Source: a virus. Taken from it: a stretch of DNA of 64,000 bases. The translations under genes and the position numbers were made by a program. Where the stretch lies: the IMG/VR virus record IMGVR_UViG_3300049049_000237, positions 16,003-80,002 of that record; one strand, given 5' to 3'. Below, in pieces: positions 8,321 through 17,200 of the stretch. Numbering within the stretch: the first letter of the stretch is position 1; the number at the start of each line of letters is the position of its first letter. A model generated the notes under the pieces. The model ran no database searches, was not told where the DNA came from, and was given only the letters and a program-made list of their open reading frames with translations.

Positions 8321-8824
8321 TCAAGGCACGACGACGTCGATACCTTCTCGCGGTGCAGCCCCGTCGATGTTGACGAAGAACTCGTTGGGGAACTTCTTGG
8401 TCACCCATTCGATGGTGGCGCTGCGCGCATGATCAGAGCGCTCTTGGCGCGTCGCCCTGGGCACGGGACCACGGAACACGCCCTCGAAGTACACCGAGAG
8501 GGCAGCGATGACCTCGTTGTCTTCGAGCAGCCCTTCCGCTTCGGCGATGTAGCCGTCGCCCATGTCGCTGATGGGAGTGATCTGGCCGCATCGCGTCGAC
8601 TCCTCGATGGCCGCGAAGAACATCCTCAACGGCTGATCGGGAGCGAGAGTCCTGCGCATCAGAGCACCGACTGCGCACGCACCACAGTCCGCGGGCACAT
8701 CACCGATCTTGAACTTGGTGTCCTCGTAACGCTTAGGCGGGACGTCCAACCAGCACCCGCCTTCGAGAAACGGCTCTTCGCGAAGAGCCGTGAGCACATG
8801 CTGCTTCGTGAGTCGGATGAGCAT
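8321..8824 (-). CDS. CxxCAxG / LSVxFEG family protein, copy 3
   Basis: CGACAVGALMRR, LSVYFEG, KFPNEF. Confidence 0.75.
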   Translation of the reverse strand: MLIRLTKQHVLTALREEPFLEGGCWLDVPPKRYEDTKFKIGDVPADCGACAVGALMRRTLAPDQPLRMFFAAIEESTRCGQITPISDMGDGYIAEAEGLLEDNEVIAALSVYFEGVFRGPVPRATRQERSDHARSATIEWVTKKFPNEFFVNIDGAAPREGIDVVVP

Positions 8825-9339
8825 CAGCCTTGCTCCGACGAATCGAGCCACCGCGGCACGACGACCTCGATGTGCGGCAGCGGAAGCGCACCGTTGATGT
8901 CGACCTCGAACGCATCGGGGAAGTTCTCGTTCACCCAGTCAGTCATGAGCGCGCGGATCTCAGCCTCCGTGTACTGGTGCTCCCCGTCGCGCCACGCACC
9001 CTCGAAGAACACCGAGAGGCCCGCGAGGTAGTGACCCTGCGCTAGCAGATGCTCGGCCTCTCCGATGTAGTCTGAGCTCTCGGTGTCAGGCGTGACCGAC
9101 GCGCCTTCCGTATCGGTCTCGATGGCGTCCCATAGAGCACGCACCGGCTGATCCGGAGACAGCACCCGCCGCATCACGGCACCGACCGCGCATACACCGC
9201 AGCCCGTAGGCAACTGCGAGAGCATGAAGGTCCTATCGTGAATCTTGTCCGACGCGAGCGAGATCCACGAACCCGCTTCGAGGAACTTCTCCTCTTCGAG
9301 CGCCTTGACCACGTCCGCCTTCGTCAGCTTGATGATCAT
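8824..9339 (-). CDS. CxxCAxG / LSVxFEG family protein, copy 2
   Basis: CGVCAVGAVMRR, LSVFFEG, NFPDAF. Confidence 0.75.
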   Translation of the reverse strand: MIIKLTKADVVKALEEEKFLEAGSWISLASDKIHDRTFMLSQLPTGCGVCAVGAVMRRVLSPDQPVRALWDAIETDTEGASVTPDTESSDYIGEAEHLLAQGHYLAGLSVFFEGAWRDGEHQYTEAEIRALMTDWVNENFPDAFEVDINGALPLPHIEVVVPRWLDSSEQG

Positions 9340-9340
9340 C

Positions 9341-9871
9341 TCAGCCCTCCCTGAGTACGTAGTCGCTCGGAACTGCATCTCCGATGTCGAGCTTGATGGT
9401 TGCGGGGAAGTTGTTGTCGACGAACCGGATGGTCCTGGCACGCGCCACTTCGACGACCGCGCTCTTGTCCTCGGGCGACAAGTCGTAGACGCTCGTGTTC
9501 GGTCCGAACTTCTCGGACTTCGCGCTCTCGACCGCACCCTCGAAGAACACCGAGAGCGCGTTCATGGGGTGCTCCTCGATCAGAGCAAGTGCCTCGCTCG
9601 CGTACGTGCTGAAGCGCGAAGGCATCATGTTGGCCTCACGCGTCACAGCACGCATGGCCTCGTATGCGCCCGACGCCGGCTGCGTCTTGTCGAGGATCTT
9701 GAGCAGCACCGAGCCCGTCGCGCACACCTTACAGATGCCCGCCTTCTCGATGGGCACACTCGTGCGCCAGCTCAGAACGAGATGCTCCGCCAGGAATACA
9801 TCACCGAAGGACAGCAGCGGCTCATCCCTCAGCGCTTCGATGATGATCTCTCGCTCGACCGTGATTCTCAT
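9341..9871 (-). CDS. CxxCAxG / LSVxFEG family protein, copy 1
   Basis: CKVCATGSVLLK, LSVFFEG, NFPATI. Confidence 0.75.
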   Translation of the reverse strand: MRITVEREIIIEALRDEPLLSFGDVFLAEHLVLSWRTSVPIEKAGICKVCATGSVLLKILDKTQPASGAYEAMRAVTREANMMPSRFSTYASEALALIEEHPMNALSVFFEGAVESAKSEKFGPNTSVYDLSPEDKSAVVEVARARTIRFVDNNFPATIKLDIGDAVPSDYVLREG

Positions 9872-9939
9872 CCGTCATCTCTTTCTTGTTCATGTTGAAA
9901 GTCCAGGCGGCAGCCCACCTGCCACCTGCATCTACCCTT

Positions 9940-9976
9940 CTGATAGGTCAAAAAAGAAGGTGGGCCTGACCCACCT
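9940..9976 (-). terminator. Intrinsic terminator immediately followed by the CCTATCAG motif
   Basis: AGGTGGG-TCAGG-CCCACCT-TCTTTTTT-GA-CCTATCAG. Confidence 0.75.
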
Positions 9977-9980
9977 CCCT

Positions 9981-10172
9981 TCACACGAACGGGTTGTGCG
10001 CCGTGCCCTCTTCTCGGAAGCGGGCATCGTCGGTGCGCGGGTCGTCGACTACGTAGTGCCGACAGCACGAGCACGTGTGGCTCGTGAGCGCGAAGAGGAG
10101 GTGCGTCGGTAGCTCAGCTCCGCACGCACACTTCGTGAGCTTCTCCGATCCTTGCTCCATCTTACTCATCAC
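9981..10172 (-). CDS. Small zinc-ribbon protein
   Basis: KCACG..HTCSCCRHY. Confidence 0.5.
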   Translation of the reverse strand: MMSKMEQGSEKLTKCACGAELPTHLLFALTSHTCSCCRHYVVDDPRTDDARFREEGTAHNPFV

Positions 10173-10768
10173 CGCCCGCCGCGCAGGTAGTAGATCTCGG
10201 TGAGGAGCTCACCGATGGCATGGTCGTACGGGTCACGCTCGTCGTACGACGTCTCTTGCAGGGCTGCCGAGATCTCGTCGATGCGCTCCTGGCTCGGGCG
10301 CTCGTACTGGAGCTTCGAGTTCGCCGTCATCTTGTTCCACGGCTTGAAGTCGAGCAGCCACTCCGCCGTGGGGAAGTGCCCGGTGAAGCAGAAAGCACGA
10401 TCGTCGATCGTCATGTTCGCCGCGGGCTTCTGCGTCGGGAAGCTGATCTTCGAGAGCACCGAGTCGGCCCAGTCGAGCCCGTCGAACGCAGTGAAGTTCG
10501 GGGCCCGCTCGACCGCGTACACGGCGAGCCAGTGCTTGAGCCAGCCGTGCATGGCCTCGATCGCACCCGGCTCCTTCGAGCGGCTGCTGTAGATGCAGAT
10601 CTCGAAGAGGACGTCGTTCGCCATACGCGACAGCCACTCCATCGCCCCAGGCACAGGAGGATCGGGGATGACCTTCGCACCCTGCCAGCCCGACGAGTAG
10701 CTGTGGATGACGCCGTCGAAGTCCACGCAGATGGTGCTCTTGCGGACCGGCTTATCACTCGTGTTCAT
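10169..10768 (-). CDS. HAD-superfamily phosphatase / 5'-nucleotidase-like protein
   Basis: ICVDFDGVIH (motif I), IYSSR (II), QKP (III), TIDDRA (IV). Confidence 0.8.
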   Translation of the reverse strand: MNTSDKPVRKSTICVDFDGVIHSYSSGWQGAKVIPDPPVPGAMEWLSRMANDVLFEICIYSSRSKEPGAIEAMHGWLKHWLAVYAVERAPNFTAFDGLDWADSVLSKISFPTQKPAANMTIDDRAFCFTGHFPTAEWLLDFKPWNKMTANSKLQYERPSQERIDEISAALQETSYDERDPYDHAIGELLTEIYYLRGGR

Positions 10769-10992
10769 TTCTTCTCCACCTCTTCACGGAAGTCAGGGAA
10801 CTCACGAAGCGCACCGACCATCTGCGCGCTGGTGTTGATGGCGAGCGAGATGAACTGCCTACGCATCTCCACCCAGAACTTCTCCGAGTCCTTGTCCTCG
10901 AACATGTAGTTCATGAAGGCCACGAAGAACATGAGCGCCGCGTAGTCGTCGGCGCTCATCAGCACGTTGGGCCCGAACATGTTGTTGATCAT
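10765..10992 (-). CDS. Hypothetical protein
   Basis: ATGA-coupled ORF from MINNMF. Confidence 0.55.
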   Translation of the reverse strand: MINNMFGPNVLMSADDYAALMFFVAFMNYMFEDKDSEKFWVEMRRQFISLAINTSAQMVGALREFPDFREEVEKK

Positions 10993-11561
10993 GCGTTCTC
11001 CGGAAGCTCCGATGCCTTGAAGAAGCCCTCGCGCTTCTGGCGCTCGATCTCTTCGTAGATGACCAGTGCAAGCCCCGCGCCGAGGCAGTTGATGTCCATG
11101 TCCGCGCGCAGGTGCGTGAGCGCGTTGTTCAGCGCCCGCCGGCTGATGTGGATGTCGAAGTTGTCTGCCGCCAACGCTTCGCGTGCAGCCGTCGTCTGGC
11201 TGTACGGATGGTAGAGCCACCACATTGCTTCGAGCTGGATCGCCAGCGTGTCCATCTCGTTGCCAGCGCGGGTAGCCGGCGTCATGTCGGCGATGCGCCT
11301 CGTGATACTGCTCCGTGCCCACTTCCGGGTGAAGTCCACCTCACCACAGAGCGCGACGTGGTGCGCGAGCTCGTGAAGAACTTCTTCCAGCCCGTTCTTC
11401 AAGTCGTTGGCTCGGAAGCTCGGCGGGTCGAAGCTCACAGGGATGATCTCGCCGATGTCGGCGAGCAGCTTGGCCGAGGCCAGCAGTACGTGAAGCGTGG
11501 ACGGCGCGTCCCCGAACCACTCGCTGCGAGCCTCGCGTGCTCTTGCGGACTTATCGGCCAT
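10989..11561 (-). CDS. HExxH zincin-like (ImmA/IrrE-like) protein
   Basis: VLHELAHHV..NEMDTLA; similar to 21030..21539; start uncertain. Confidence 0.55.
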   Translation of the reverse strand: MADKSARAREARSEWFGDAPSTLHVLLASAKLLADIGEIIPVSFDPPSFRANDLKNGLEEVLHELAHHVALCGEVDFTRKWARSSITRRIADMTPATRAGNEMDTLAIQLEAMWWLYHPYSQTTAAREALAADNFDIHISRRALNNALTHLRADMDINCLGAGLALVIYEEIERQKREGFFKASELPENA

Positions 11562-11820
11562 CCGAACCAGGGACATCGCCCTGGTCTGCGGCTTCATCAT
11601 CTTCGTCTTCGTCGTCTTCTTGCTCTTGTTCATGTTCTTCACACGGCAGGCAGCCCTTGCAGTGTCGGTCGTAGAACTCGGTCTTCATCTTCAGGGTGCG
11701 TTCGTTCGCTTCGGCAGTTGCCTGTCTTGCGAGCGCGCGCTTCCACTTGAAGTACTCCATCCCGATCACAGCCACAGCCCAGATGAAGATGAAGCCGATG
11801 CAGAGCCACTCACCCATCAT
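11551..11820 (-). CDS. Small N-terminal TM protein with acidic tail
   Basis: WLCIGFIFIWAVAVIGM. Confidence 0.55.
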   Translation of the reverse strand: MMGEWLCIGFIFIWAVAVIGMEYFKWKRALARQATAEANERTLKMKTEFYDRHCKGCLPCEEHEQEQEDDEDEDDEAADQGDVPGSDGR

Positions 11821-11826
11821 GTCCTC

Positions 11827-12396
11827 CTACGCCTTGAACGCGCGCATCGCCTCCGCGCATACCACATCGAACTGCGAGATGAGGTAGCGGACCGACCCGT
11901 AGAACACGTGATTGTCGTTCAGGTCTCGAACGACGTCGACGAGCTTCTTGGCACTCTTGGTGTAGCCGAGCTTGGCCGAGCGGCCCCAGTCCGGAGGATC
12001 GTGGATGAGGTCGTTCACGTTCGAGGTCTTGTCCGCGACCTTGATGAGCCAGAGCTCGGGCGTGCCGGACTTCATCTGCGCGATCTGGAAGTCGTCCTTC
12101 TCCTGCCAGGTGCGAATGCTCTTCGGGACCGTGAGCGCCTCGACCAGCTTCGCGACGCGCTTGCCGTACTTGACGGTGAGCTGCTCCAGCGAGGCGTTGG
12201 TGTCCTCGACCGTGTCGTGGAGGATGGCTGCGGCGAGCACATCGAGGTCATCCACGCCCGCCTCGCTGACACGACGGGCGACGTCGAAGCAGTGGTGGAC
12301 GTACGGCTTGCCGCCGTTGCCACCACGCACCTGACCCGCATGCATGATGGTTGCGTACTCTGCGGCCTCGAACAGCCGCGACATGTTTATGCTCAT
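11827..12396 (-). CDS. HD-domain small alarmone hydrolase (Mesh1/SAH-like)
   Basis: HAGQVR..PYVHH, AAILHDTVEDT, KYGKRVAKLVEALT, IKVADKTSN. Confidence 0.85.
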   Translation of the reverse strand: MSINMSRLFEAAEYATIMHAGQVRGGNGGKPYVHHCFDVARRVSEAGVDDLDVLAAAILHDTVEDTNASLEQLTVKYGKRVAKLVEALTVPKSIRTWQEKDDFQIAQMKSGTPELWLIKVADKTSNVNDLIHDPPDWGRSAKLGYTKSAKKLVDVVRDLNDNHVFYGSVRYLISQFDVVCAEAMRAFKA

Positions 12397-12406
12397 GTTC
12401 TTGTTC

Positions 12407-12595
12407 CTACTTGTTCAACTTCTCGACGACCGAGTGGCTGGGGAATACGAAGGTGATGTTGCCACTCGTCTTTGCGTAGCGAACGCGCAGAGCCCTGCGG
12501 AACATGTCGCGCTGCCGCGCATTGAAGCGCGACGTGATGCGCTTCACTTCATCAGGACTCGCCTTCACTTCGTTGTCGTGATCCTTGATCTTCAT
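12407..12595 (-). CDS. Small basic protein
   Basis: GAACAAGAAC-ATG leader. Confidence 0.55.
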   Translation of the reverse strand: MKIKDHDNEVKASPDEVKRITSRFNARQRDMFRRALRVRYAKTSGNITFVFPSHSVVEKLNK

Positions 12596-12920
12596 GTTCT
12601 TGTTCTTTCGTCCACTTGGGAAAGCGCATGTACATGCGCTCGAACCCGGTTACCGACGCCACCCATCCTTCCAGGGTGTCCTTCTCGTCGAGGAGGTCGC
12701 CTACGATCCCGTAGCGCGCGAGCTCCTCGGGCGGAGCGACGTTCAGCGCTCGCTTGAGGCGCAGCATGTAGAGCGGCCCGATCACAGCCTTGCGTCCTGC
12801 TCCTCGGTTGGGCCAGTTCCGCAGGCACCAGCAGTAGATGAAGTGGCGAAGGAAGCTCGCCTCCTCGACACGCCACACGCTCTGGAACACGCGGCGCTTC
12901 GTCTCTTCCGCATCTCTCAT
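12552..12920 (-). CDS. Hypothetical protein
   Basis: Coupled ORF. Confidence 0.55.
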   Translation of the reverse strand: MRDAEETKRRVFQSVWRVEEASFLRHFIYCWCLRNWPNRGAGRKAVIGPLYMLRLKRALNVAPPEELARYGIVGDLLDEKDTLEGWVASVTGFERMYMRFPKWTKEQEHEDQGSRQRSEGES

Positions 12921-13408
12921 AGGTCACCTACCGATCCGCGATCGCAGGTCTGGTACGCCTCGATGAGGAGGCGGCACTCGATCCACGACTCGCTCACGTC
13001 GCAGTGCATGAGCAACTGCCCCACGTTGCAGTGCCCGTACGTCGCCCACTCGTAGTAGCAGCGCTCCGTGGGCTCGTGATGAAGGTCCACGCACCACTGC
13101 TGGTACAAGCGCTGGTAGAGTTCAGGGTCGTCAGAGGGGCCGGGGCACCTGGGCAGCACCTCGGTCATCCACTGCGGGCATGGATCTTCGAGTACCGGTG
13201 CGTCGATCGCATCCGGCGTGTACGGCGCATCGGTGCTCGCGTCTTCACCAGCATCCGAGCTCGCATCGATGTGCGCATCGATGTGAGGCACCGCAGAGTC
13301 TCGCGAAACGTCCGCGTCTATGAAGCTGCCGCCGTCTGGGAGGTACCCGATGCGCCCACACCCGAGACACGCGAGGAAGAGCAGCGATGCAAGCCATCGA
13401 ACGTTCAT
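12917..13408 (-). CDS. Lipoprotein with Asp-Ala linker and Cys-rich C-terminal domain
   Basis: Lipobox LLFLACLGC; DADVSRDSA..DASSDAGEDASTDA. Confidence 0.7.
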   Translation of the reverse strand: MNVRWLASLLFLACLGCGRIGYLPDGGSFIDADVSRDSAVPHIDAHIDASSDAGEDASTDAPYTPDAIDAPVLEDPCPQWMTEVLPRCPGPSDDPELYQRLYQQWCVDLHHEPTERCYYEWATYGHCNVGQLLMHCDVSESWIECRLLIEAYQTCDRGSVGDL

Positions 13409-13451
13409 GTGGCATGATCCTTTGGTGGCATACGACGAAGAGAGGACGACT

Positions 13452-13784
13452 ATGGACGGCGAGTTCGCGACCAAGGGCGACCTCCGCCGTGTCGAGCGCA
13501 AGTACGAAGAGCTCGAAAAAGAGGTCAAGCAGTTCACCCACCGCTTGGTTGCTCTCGAAGCGAAGCACGATACGACGGCCTCGTTCCGCACGGTGCCTAC
13601 CCCGGCCCCAGTCCACAACGCGCCGTCCAGGTCCGAGATCCTCACGGCGATCAGTGCGCGCAAGGAAGAGAAGAAGGACGAGCCCAAGAACCCGGCGATC
13701 GAGGTGCTGAAGATCGTCGGTCCTTGGGTACTCGCCCTGTTGGTCATCATCGAACGGCTGATCGAACGCGTGCTCGAAAACTAG
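13452..13784 (+). CDS. Coiled-coil protein with C-terminal TM helix (holin-like?)
   Basis: GAGG upstream; coiled N-terminus; IVGPWVLALLVII; lone plus-strand gene. Confidence 0.6.
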   Translation: MDGEFATKGDLRRVERKYEELEKEVKQFTHRLVALEAKHDTTASFRTVPTPAPVHNAPSRSEILTAISARKEEKKDEPKNPAIEVLKIVGPWVLALLVIIERLIERVLEN

Positions 13785-14017
13785 AGCCGCCCTCGGTGCC
13801 CGACGATCAGCGCCATCATCACGAGGCGCCGGTAGAGCTGAAGCCAGTAGCGAGCGTCCTTCGGCCGTCCCTCCTCGATGGCCGCAAGGCGCTGACGTTC
13901 GCACATCTGTGCGAAGTACATGAAGATCCTACCCACGTCGCCTCCTACGTCCTCTCCACGTGCCGAAGCCCGACACGATGAAGGCGAGGAAAGCGTACAC
14001 GAAGGTCTGCTTCATGT

Positions 14018-14581
14018 TCATGTCCTCTGCGGGAAGTACTGGTCCCAGTGACCGTCGACGTACATGAGCTCGACGGTATCGTCCTGCGCGCAGTATGCCT
14101 TCACCGACACGCTGTCCGGTAGGACCGGGCCGTAGTTCGTCCCGTGTACCGTGCGCAGCTCGAAGATGTGGGCGCGATCGAGCGGCAGCTCCAGGAGTTC
14201 CATCGCCGTACGCTTCACGTGCCCGAAGGTCATCCAGTCGTGCAGCATCACGTAGCGGATGGGACCGCGCCCAAGGAAGCGCACGCTGACGCAGACGACG
14301 ACGCCGCGGTTGATCAGCTCAGCGTGTAGGCGGTTCGAGAAGTTCATCCACGCGCTCTTGTCGATGGATGCCCCGAGGCGGTCTTGCTGCGCCTCGCGGT
14401 GAATGTCTCCGGCCATCTGAACGAGGTCCTCATTCGACAGGCAGTCGATGTGGTGAAGGACCATCGCCATCACCTCGCTCGGCACGTAGGTCTGTCGACC
14501 CAAGGCGTAGCGGAACGAGTTGATCAGCATGAACCGGATGTCGGTCTTGGAGAGCCGCTTGGAGAACTCGCGCGTTTCCAT
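14018..14581 (-). CDS. RYALGR-type helical domain fused to a putative ubiquitin-like domain
   Basis: FRYALGRQTY N-terminus; C-terminal ~85 aa follows the beta-grasp pattern. Confidence 0.6.
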   Translation of the reverse strand: METREFSKRLSKTDIRFMLINSFRYALGRQTYVPSEVMAMVLHHIDCLSNEDLVQMAGDIHREAQQDRLGASIDKSAWMNFSNRLHAELINRGVVVCVSVRFLGRGPIRYVMLHDWMTFGHVKRTAMELLELPLDRAHIFELRTVHGTNYGPVLPDSVSVKAYCAQDDTVELMYVDGHWDQYFPQRT

Positions 14582-14591
14582 GTTCTTGTTC

Positions 14592-14867
14592 CTACTTCAT
14601 GTTAGCGGCGATGCGCTCTCGCTCTGCGCACGCCTTTACGTAGAGCTCGGCATGGCGGATCGAGCAGAAGAACCCGCCGCGCCCAGAGATCTCATCACCG
14701 ACATCATCCACGCAGAAGTACTCGTGGATGGAGGCTCGGTGGCAGATGATGCATGCCTCCGGGACAGGAACGAGCACTCGCCACACGGAGTGCTCGTTGT
14801 CATACGTGATGACGGGCTCAGGCCCGCGGTGCTCGATCGCTGCGGTACGGATCTTCTTCTTGCGCAT
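14592..14867 (-). CDS. Hypothetical protein
   Basis: Coupled ORF; CIICH. Confidence 0.5.
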   Translation of the reverse strand: MRKKKIRTAAIEHRGPEPVITYDNEHSVWRVLVPVPEACIICHRASIHEYFCVDDVGDEISGRGGFFCSIRHAELYVKACAERERIAANMK

Positions 14868-15045
14868 TCCGCTCCTTGTGGGGAACGAAGCCCACGACGA
14901 CGATGGTGCGCGGGTTGAACTTGCGCAGCCACGTCCAGTAGGCGCTCAGCCACGCGAGCCACGCCCACTTGTACTTGCCGACCGTGACGATCTCTTCGTC
15001 GCCCGGATACTCCTGCGTCGTGACGACGTAGACGCCCTTCTTCAT
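14818..15045 (-). CDS. Trp-rich small protein
   Basis: YKWAWLAWLSAYWTWL. Confidence 0.5.
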   Translation of the reverse strand: MKKGVYVVTTQEYPGDEEIVTVGKYKWAWLAWLSAYWTWLRKFNPRTIVVVGFVPHKERNAQEEDPYRSDRAPRA

Positions 15046-15048
15046 GTT

Positions 15049-15408
15049 CTACTCCGCCCCGACGCACACCCACGGACGCGGGTACTCGGTCGAGTTGTGG
15101 ATGACCTCGACTGCGCCGCCACGCGCGTTGCAGTCCTGCTTCGCTTCCTCATCCGAGGCTGCCTGCCAGATGAACCAACCGAGTATGCACATCAAGATGA
15201 GGGTGACCATCGCCACGGTCTTGAGCATCTCGCTGTTGATGGCCCACCAGGAGTTGAAGCGGTTCCTGCGCTCATGCCGGAAGCGATCGATCTCGTTGTC
15301 GAGCTCCTGCTTCCCCCGCTCCTGAGCCTTGATGGGCGGGTCGTTCTCGTACGGCCACCCCTTCGGCTTGGGCTTCGGCTTGCTGGGCTTCCTGAAGGCC
15401 ATGTTCAT
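15049..15408 (-). CDS. Single-TM membrane protein
   Basis: VAMVTLILMCILGWFIW then C..GG..C. Confidence 0.6.
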   Translation of the reverse strand: MNMAFRKPSKPKPKPKGWPYENDPPIKAQERGKQELDNEIDRFRHERRNRFNSWWAINSEMLKTVAMVTLILMCILGWFIWQAASDEEAKQDCNARGGAVEVIHNSTEYPRPWVCVGAE

Positions 15409-15815
15409 GCTCCGTCGTACTCGTCTTCATCGACGAGGATTGCGTGAGTACGTGTGGGATCCGACGGTGCGTTGCGTCGGATCTCGTAGAGGCGATCCGC
15501 GAGCTGTATACCCTGCACGCCGGTCGACTTCTGCCAGAGGAAGGGCTTGGAGCAGCGCACCAGGAGCACGAGTGCATTCTCCAGGCCCCTCAGCGACCTC
15601 CATCGCTCTCCGTCTTCTCTCGTCTTGAAGACGTACTCTTCGCAGGGCATCGGGCGCCCTTTGCGGAGCACCACGTACCCCTCATGCAGCAACGGCGCCG
15701 AGGGGTCGACGCCGTTTGCCTTGCCATTCTTGAAGTATGCACACCCGACGGTCGCGCAGTCGGGGCCCAGCACCCCTACGTAGTAGTGCGGGCTGCTGCA
15801 CTTCGGACATTTCAT
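15405..15815 (-). CDS. N-terminal zinc-ribbon protein
   Basis: MKCPKC..DCATVGC; GAACACGAAC-ATG leader. Confidence 0.6.
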   Translation of the reverse strand: MKCPKCSSPHYYVGVLGPDCATVGCAYFKNGKANGVDPSAPLLHEGYVVLRKGRPMPCEEYVFKTREDGERWRSLRGLENALVLLVRCSKPFLWQKSTGVQGIQLADRLYEIRRNAPSDPTRTHAILVDEDEYDGA

Positions 15816-15999
15816 GTTCGTGTTCGCTCCTACTCAGGATAGACGAAGACCGTGTTCTCCCTGTAGTTCCAGCGAAGCCCGGGAAGGCTGAGCTGAGCCG
15901 TACGCAGCTCGATGATGACCGGAGGCTTGACGAGGCGGAGCTTCAGTGCGGCCTGTAGCTTTCGCCTCTCCTTCTCTTGGCGCTGCTCTCGCTTCTGGG

Positions 16000-16290
16000 T
16001 CACTTGCTTCCCTCGGGCTTAGGGAACTGGGATGTCTTCCTCTTCGTACTGATAGGTAACTCCTTCGTGATCTCCTCCTGCTCGAAGTGACCACGAGGAC
16101 GAAGAAGCCCGCCCTGCATGATGTGCTCGGCCAGAGCCTGCTTCGCGACCTGCCGAGAGTTCTCGATCTCCGCGTCGAGTTCCTTCTCGGCCTTCTTCGC
16201 GAGCTCGCCGCAGGAGCCGCAGAGGTAGACCTTGAGGACCACCTTCGCGTCTGCGGACTTCACTTCCTGCTGACAAGAGAGACAGCGCAT
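16000..16290 (-). CDS. Zinc-finger + helix protein
   Basis: MRCLSC..LCGSC. Confidence 0.55.
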   Translation of the reverse strand: MRCLSCQQEVKSADAKVVLKVYLCGSCGELAKKAEKELDAEIENSRQVAKQALAEHIMQGGLLRPRGHFEQEEITKELPISTKRKTSQFPKPEGSK

Positions 16291-16292
16291 CG

Positions 16293-16535
16293 CTACCTCG
16301 GCATGTGCTTGTTCGGAAGAGGAGTGCCCCAGCGGGGGCACCCCACGTCGTGCCCTTCGGGGTTCTCTCCGAACGACGTGTTGATGCACGTGCACGTGCA
16401 TTCGGCGGGCGTTCGCGTCTCGACCTTGGCGAGCACCGACAAGTATCGGCAGCTCCCAAGATTCTCTTCGGAGGAGGCCAGCTCCAACGCCTCCTTGATC
16501 AGCATCCAGTCGCGCTCGTTGAACTCCCTGCCCAT
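16293..16535 (-). CDS. Small Cys-rich protein
   Basis: ECTCTC..HDVGCP. Confidence 0.5.
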   Translation of the reverse strand: MGREFNERDWMLIKEALELASSEENLGSCRYLSVLAKVETRTPAECTCTCINTSFGENPEGHDVGCPRWGTPLPNKHMPR

Positions 16536-16537
16536 GC

Positions 16538-17200
16538 CTACTCCTCAAAGCCGTAGGTCTGTCGAAGCACACGACGATCCCATTCCGAGAACATCGTGAA
16601 CGCCATGCGATCGTCGTCGCGATCGTCGTACACGGGCTCGTACATGATCGAGCTCTGGTAGCTGTCGTGCGCGAGACCGAGTGCATGCCCGAGCTCGTGG
16701 AACGCCACGCGGTACTCGAAGCGGATGTCGCCGCCCGGACGAACCGCGACGTAGGCGCGCATCCGCCCATCGTTCCAGTGCTTGCAGTAGCCGGGGTCAC
16801 CGTCGAGCGTTCCCGTGTCGGCATCCATCTCGTACGCCGCACGGAACGTCACCTCGATGTCTGCGCTGTCACGGTTGTGCGTCGAGACGAGGAAGCGTGC
16901 TCCGAGCTGCGTGTTGATGTCGCCCATCGCAGACGCGATCGGACCAGGCACCTCCTCGAAGACCGAACCGTCGTTGTCGACGACCACCACCGAGAGGGGC
17001 ATGCCCTGGGGCCAGATGATGGAGTCCATCTCCGCGCACGAGCAGTCGCGGTAGCAGGCCTCACCTTCCGTCTCGCCCCAGCACACGGGCTGGAGGTCCG
17101 GCTCGGTGTGCGTGATGCGTCCGAACGCGATGAGCGCGATGACCGCCATGCTGAGCAGTCCGAAGATCACGAACATGATGATCGTCTTCCAGTTCTTCAT
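16538..17200 (-). CDS. Membrane-anchored matrixin-like (M10) zinc metalloprotease
   Basis: N-terminal TM; AFHELGHALGLAH and Met-turn SSIMY. Confidence 0.8.
   Translation of the reverse strand: MKNWKTIIMFVIFGLLSMAVIALIAFGRITHTEPDLQPVCWGETEGEACYRDCSCAEMDSIIWPQGMPLSVVVVDNDGSVFEEVPGPIASAMGDINTQLGARFLVSTHNRDSADIEVTFRAAYEMDADTGTLDGDPGYCKHWNDGRMRAYVAVRPGGDIRFEYRVAFHELGHALGLAHDSYQSSIMYEPVYDDRDDDRMAFTMFSEWDRRVLRQTYGFEE

Noticed and set aside
8321-9871. Diversity-generating retroelement
   Set aside because: No reverse transcriptase; copies diverge throughout rather than only at adenines
16279-16290. Shared 12-mer GAGACAGCGCAT with 57941..57952 (both MRCL starts)
   Set aside because: Similarity ends after four codons; compatible with chance
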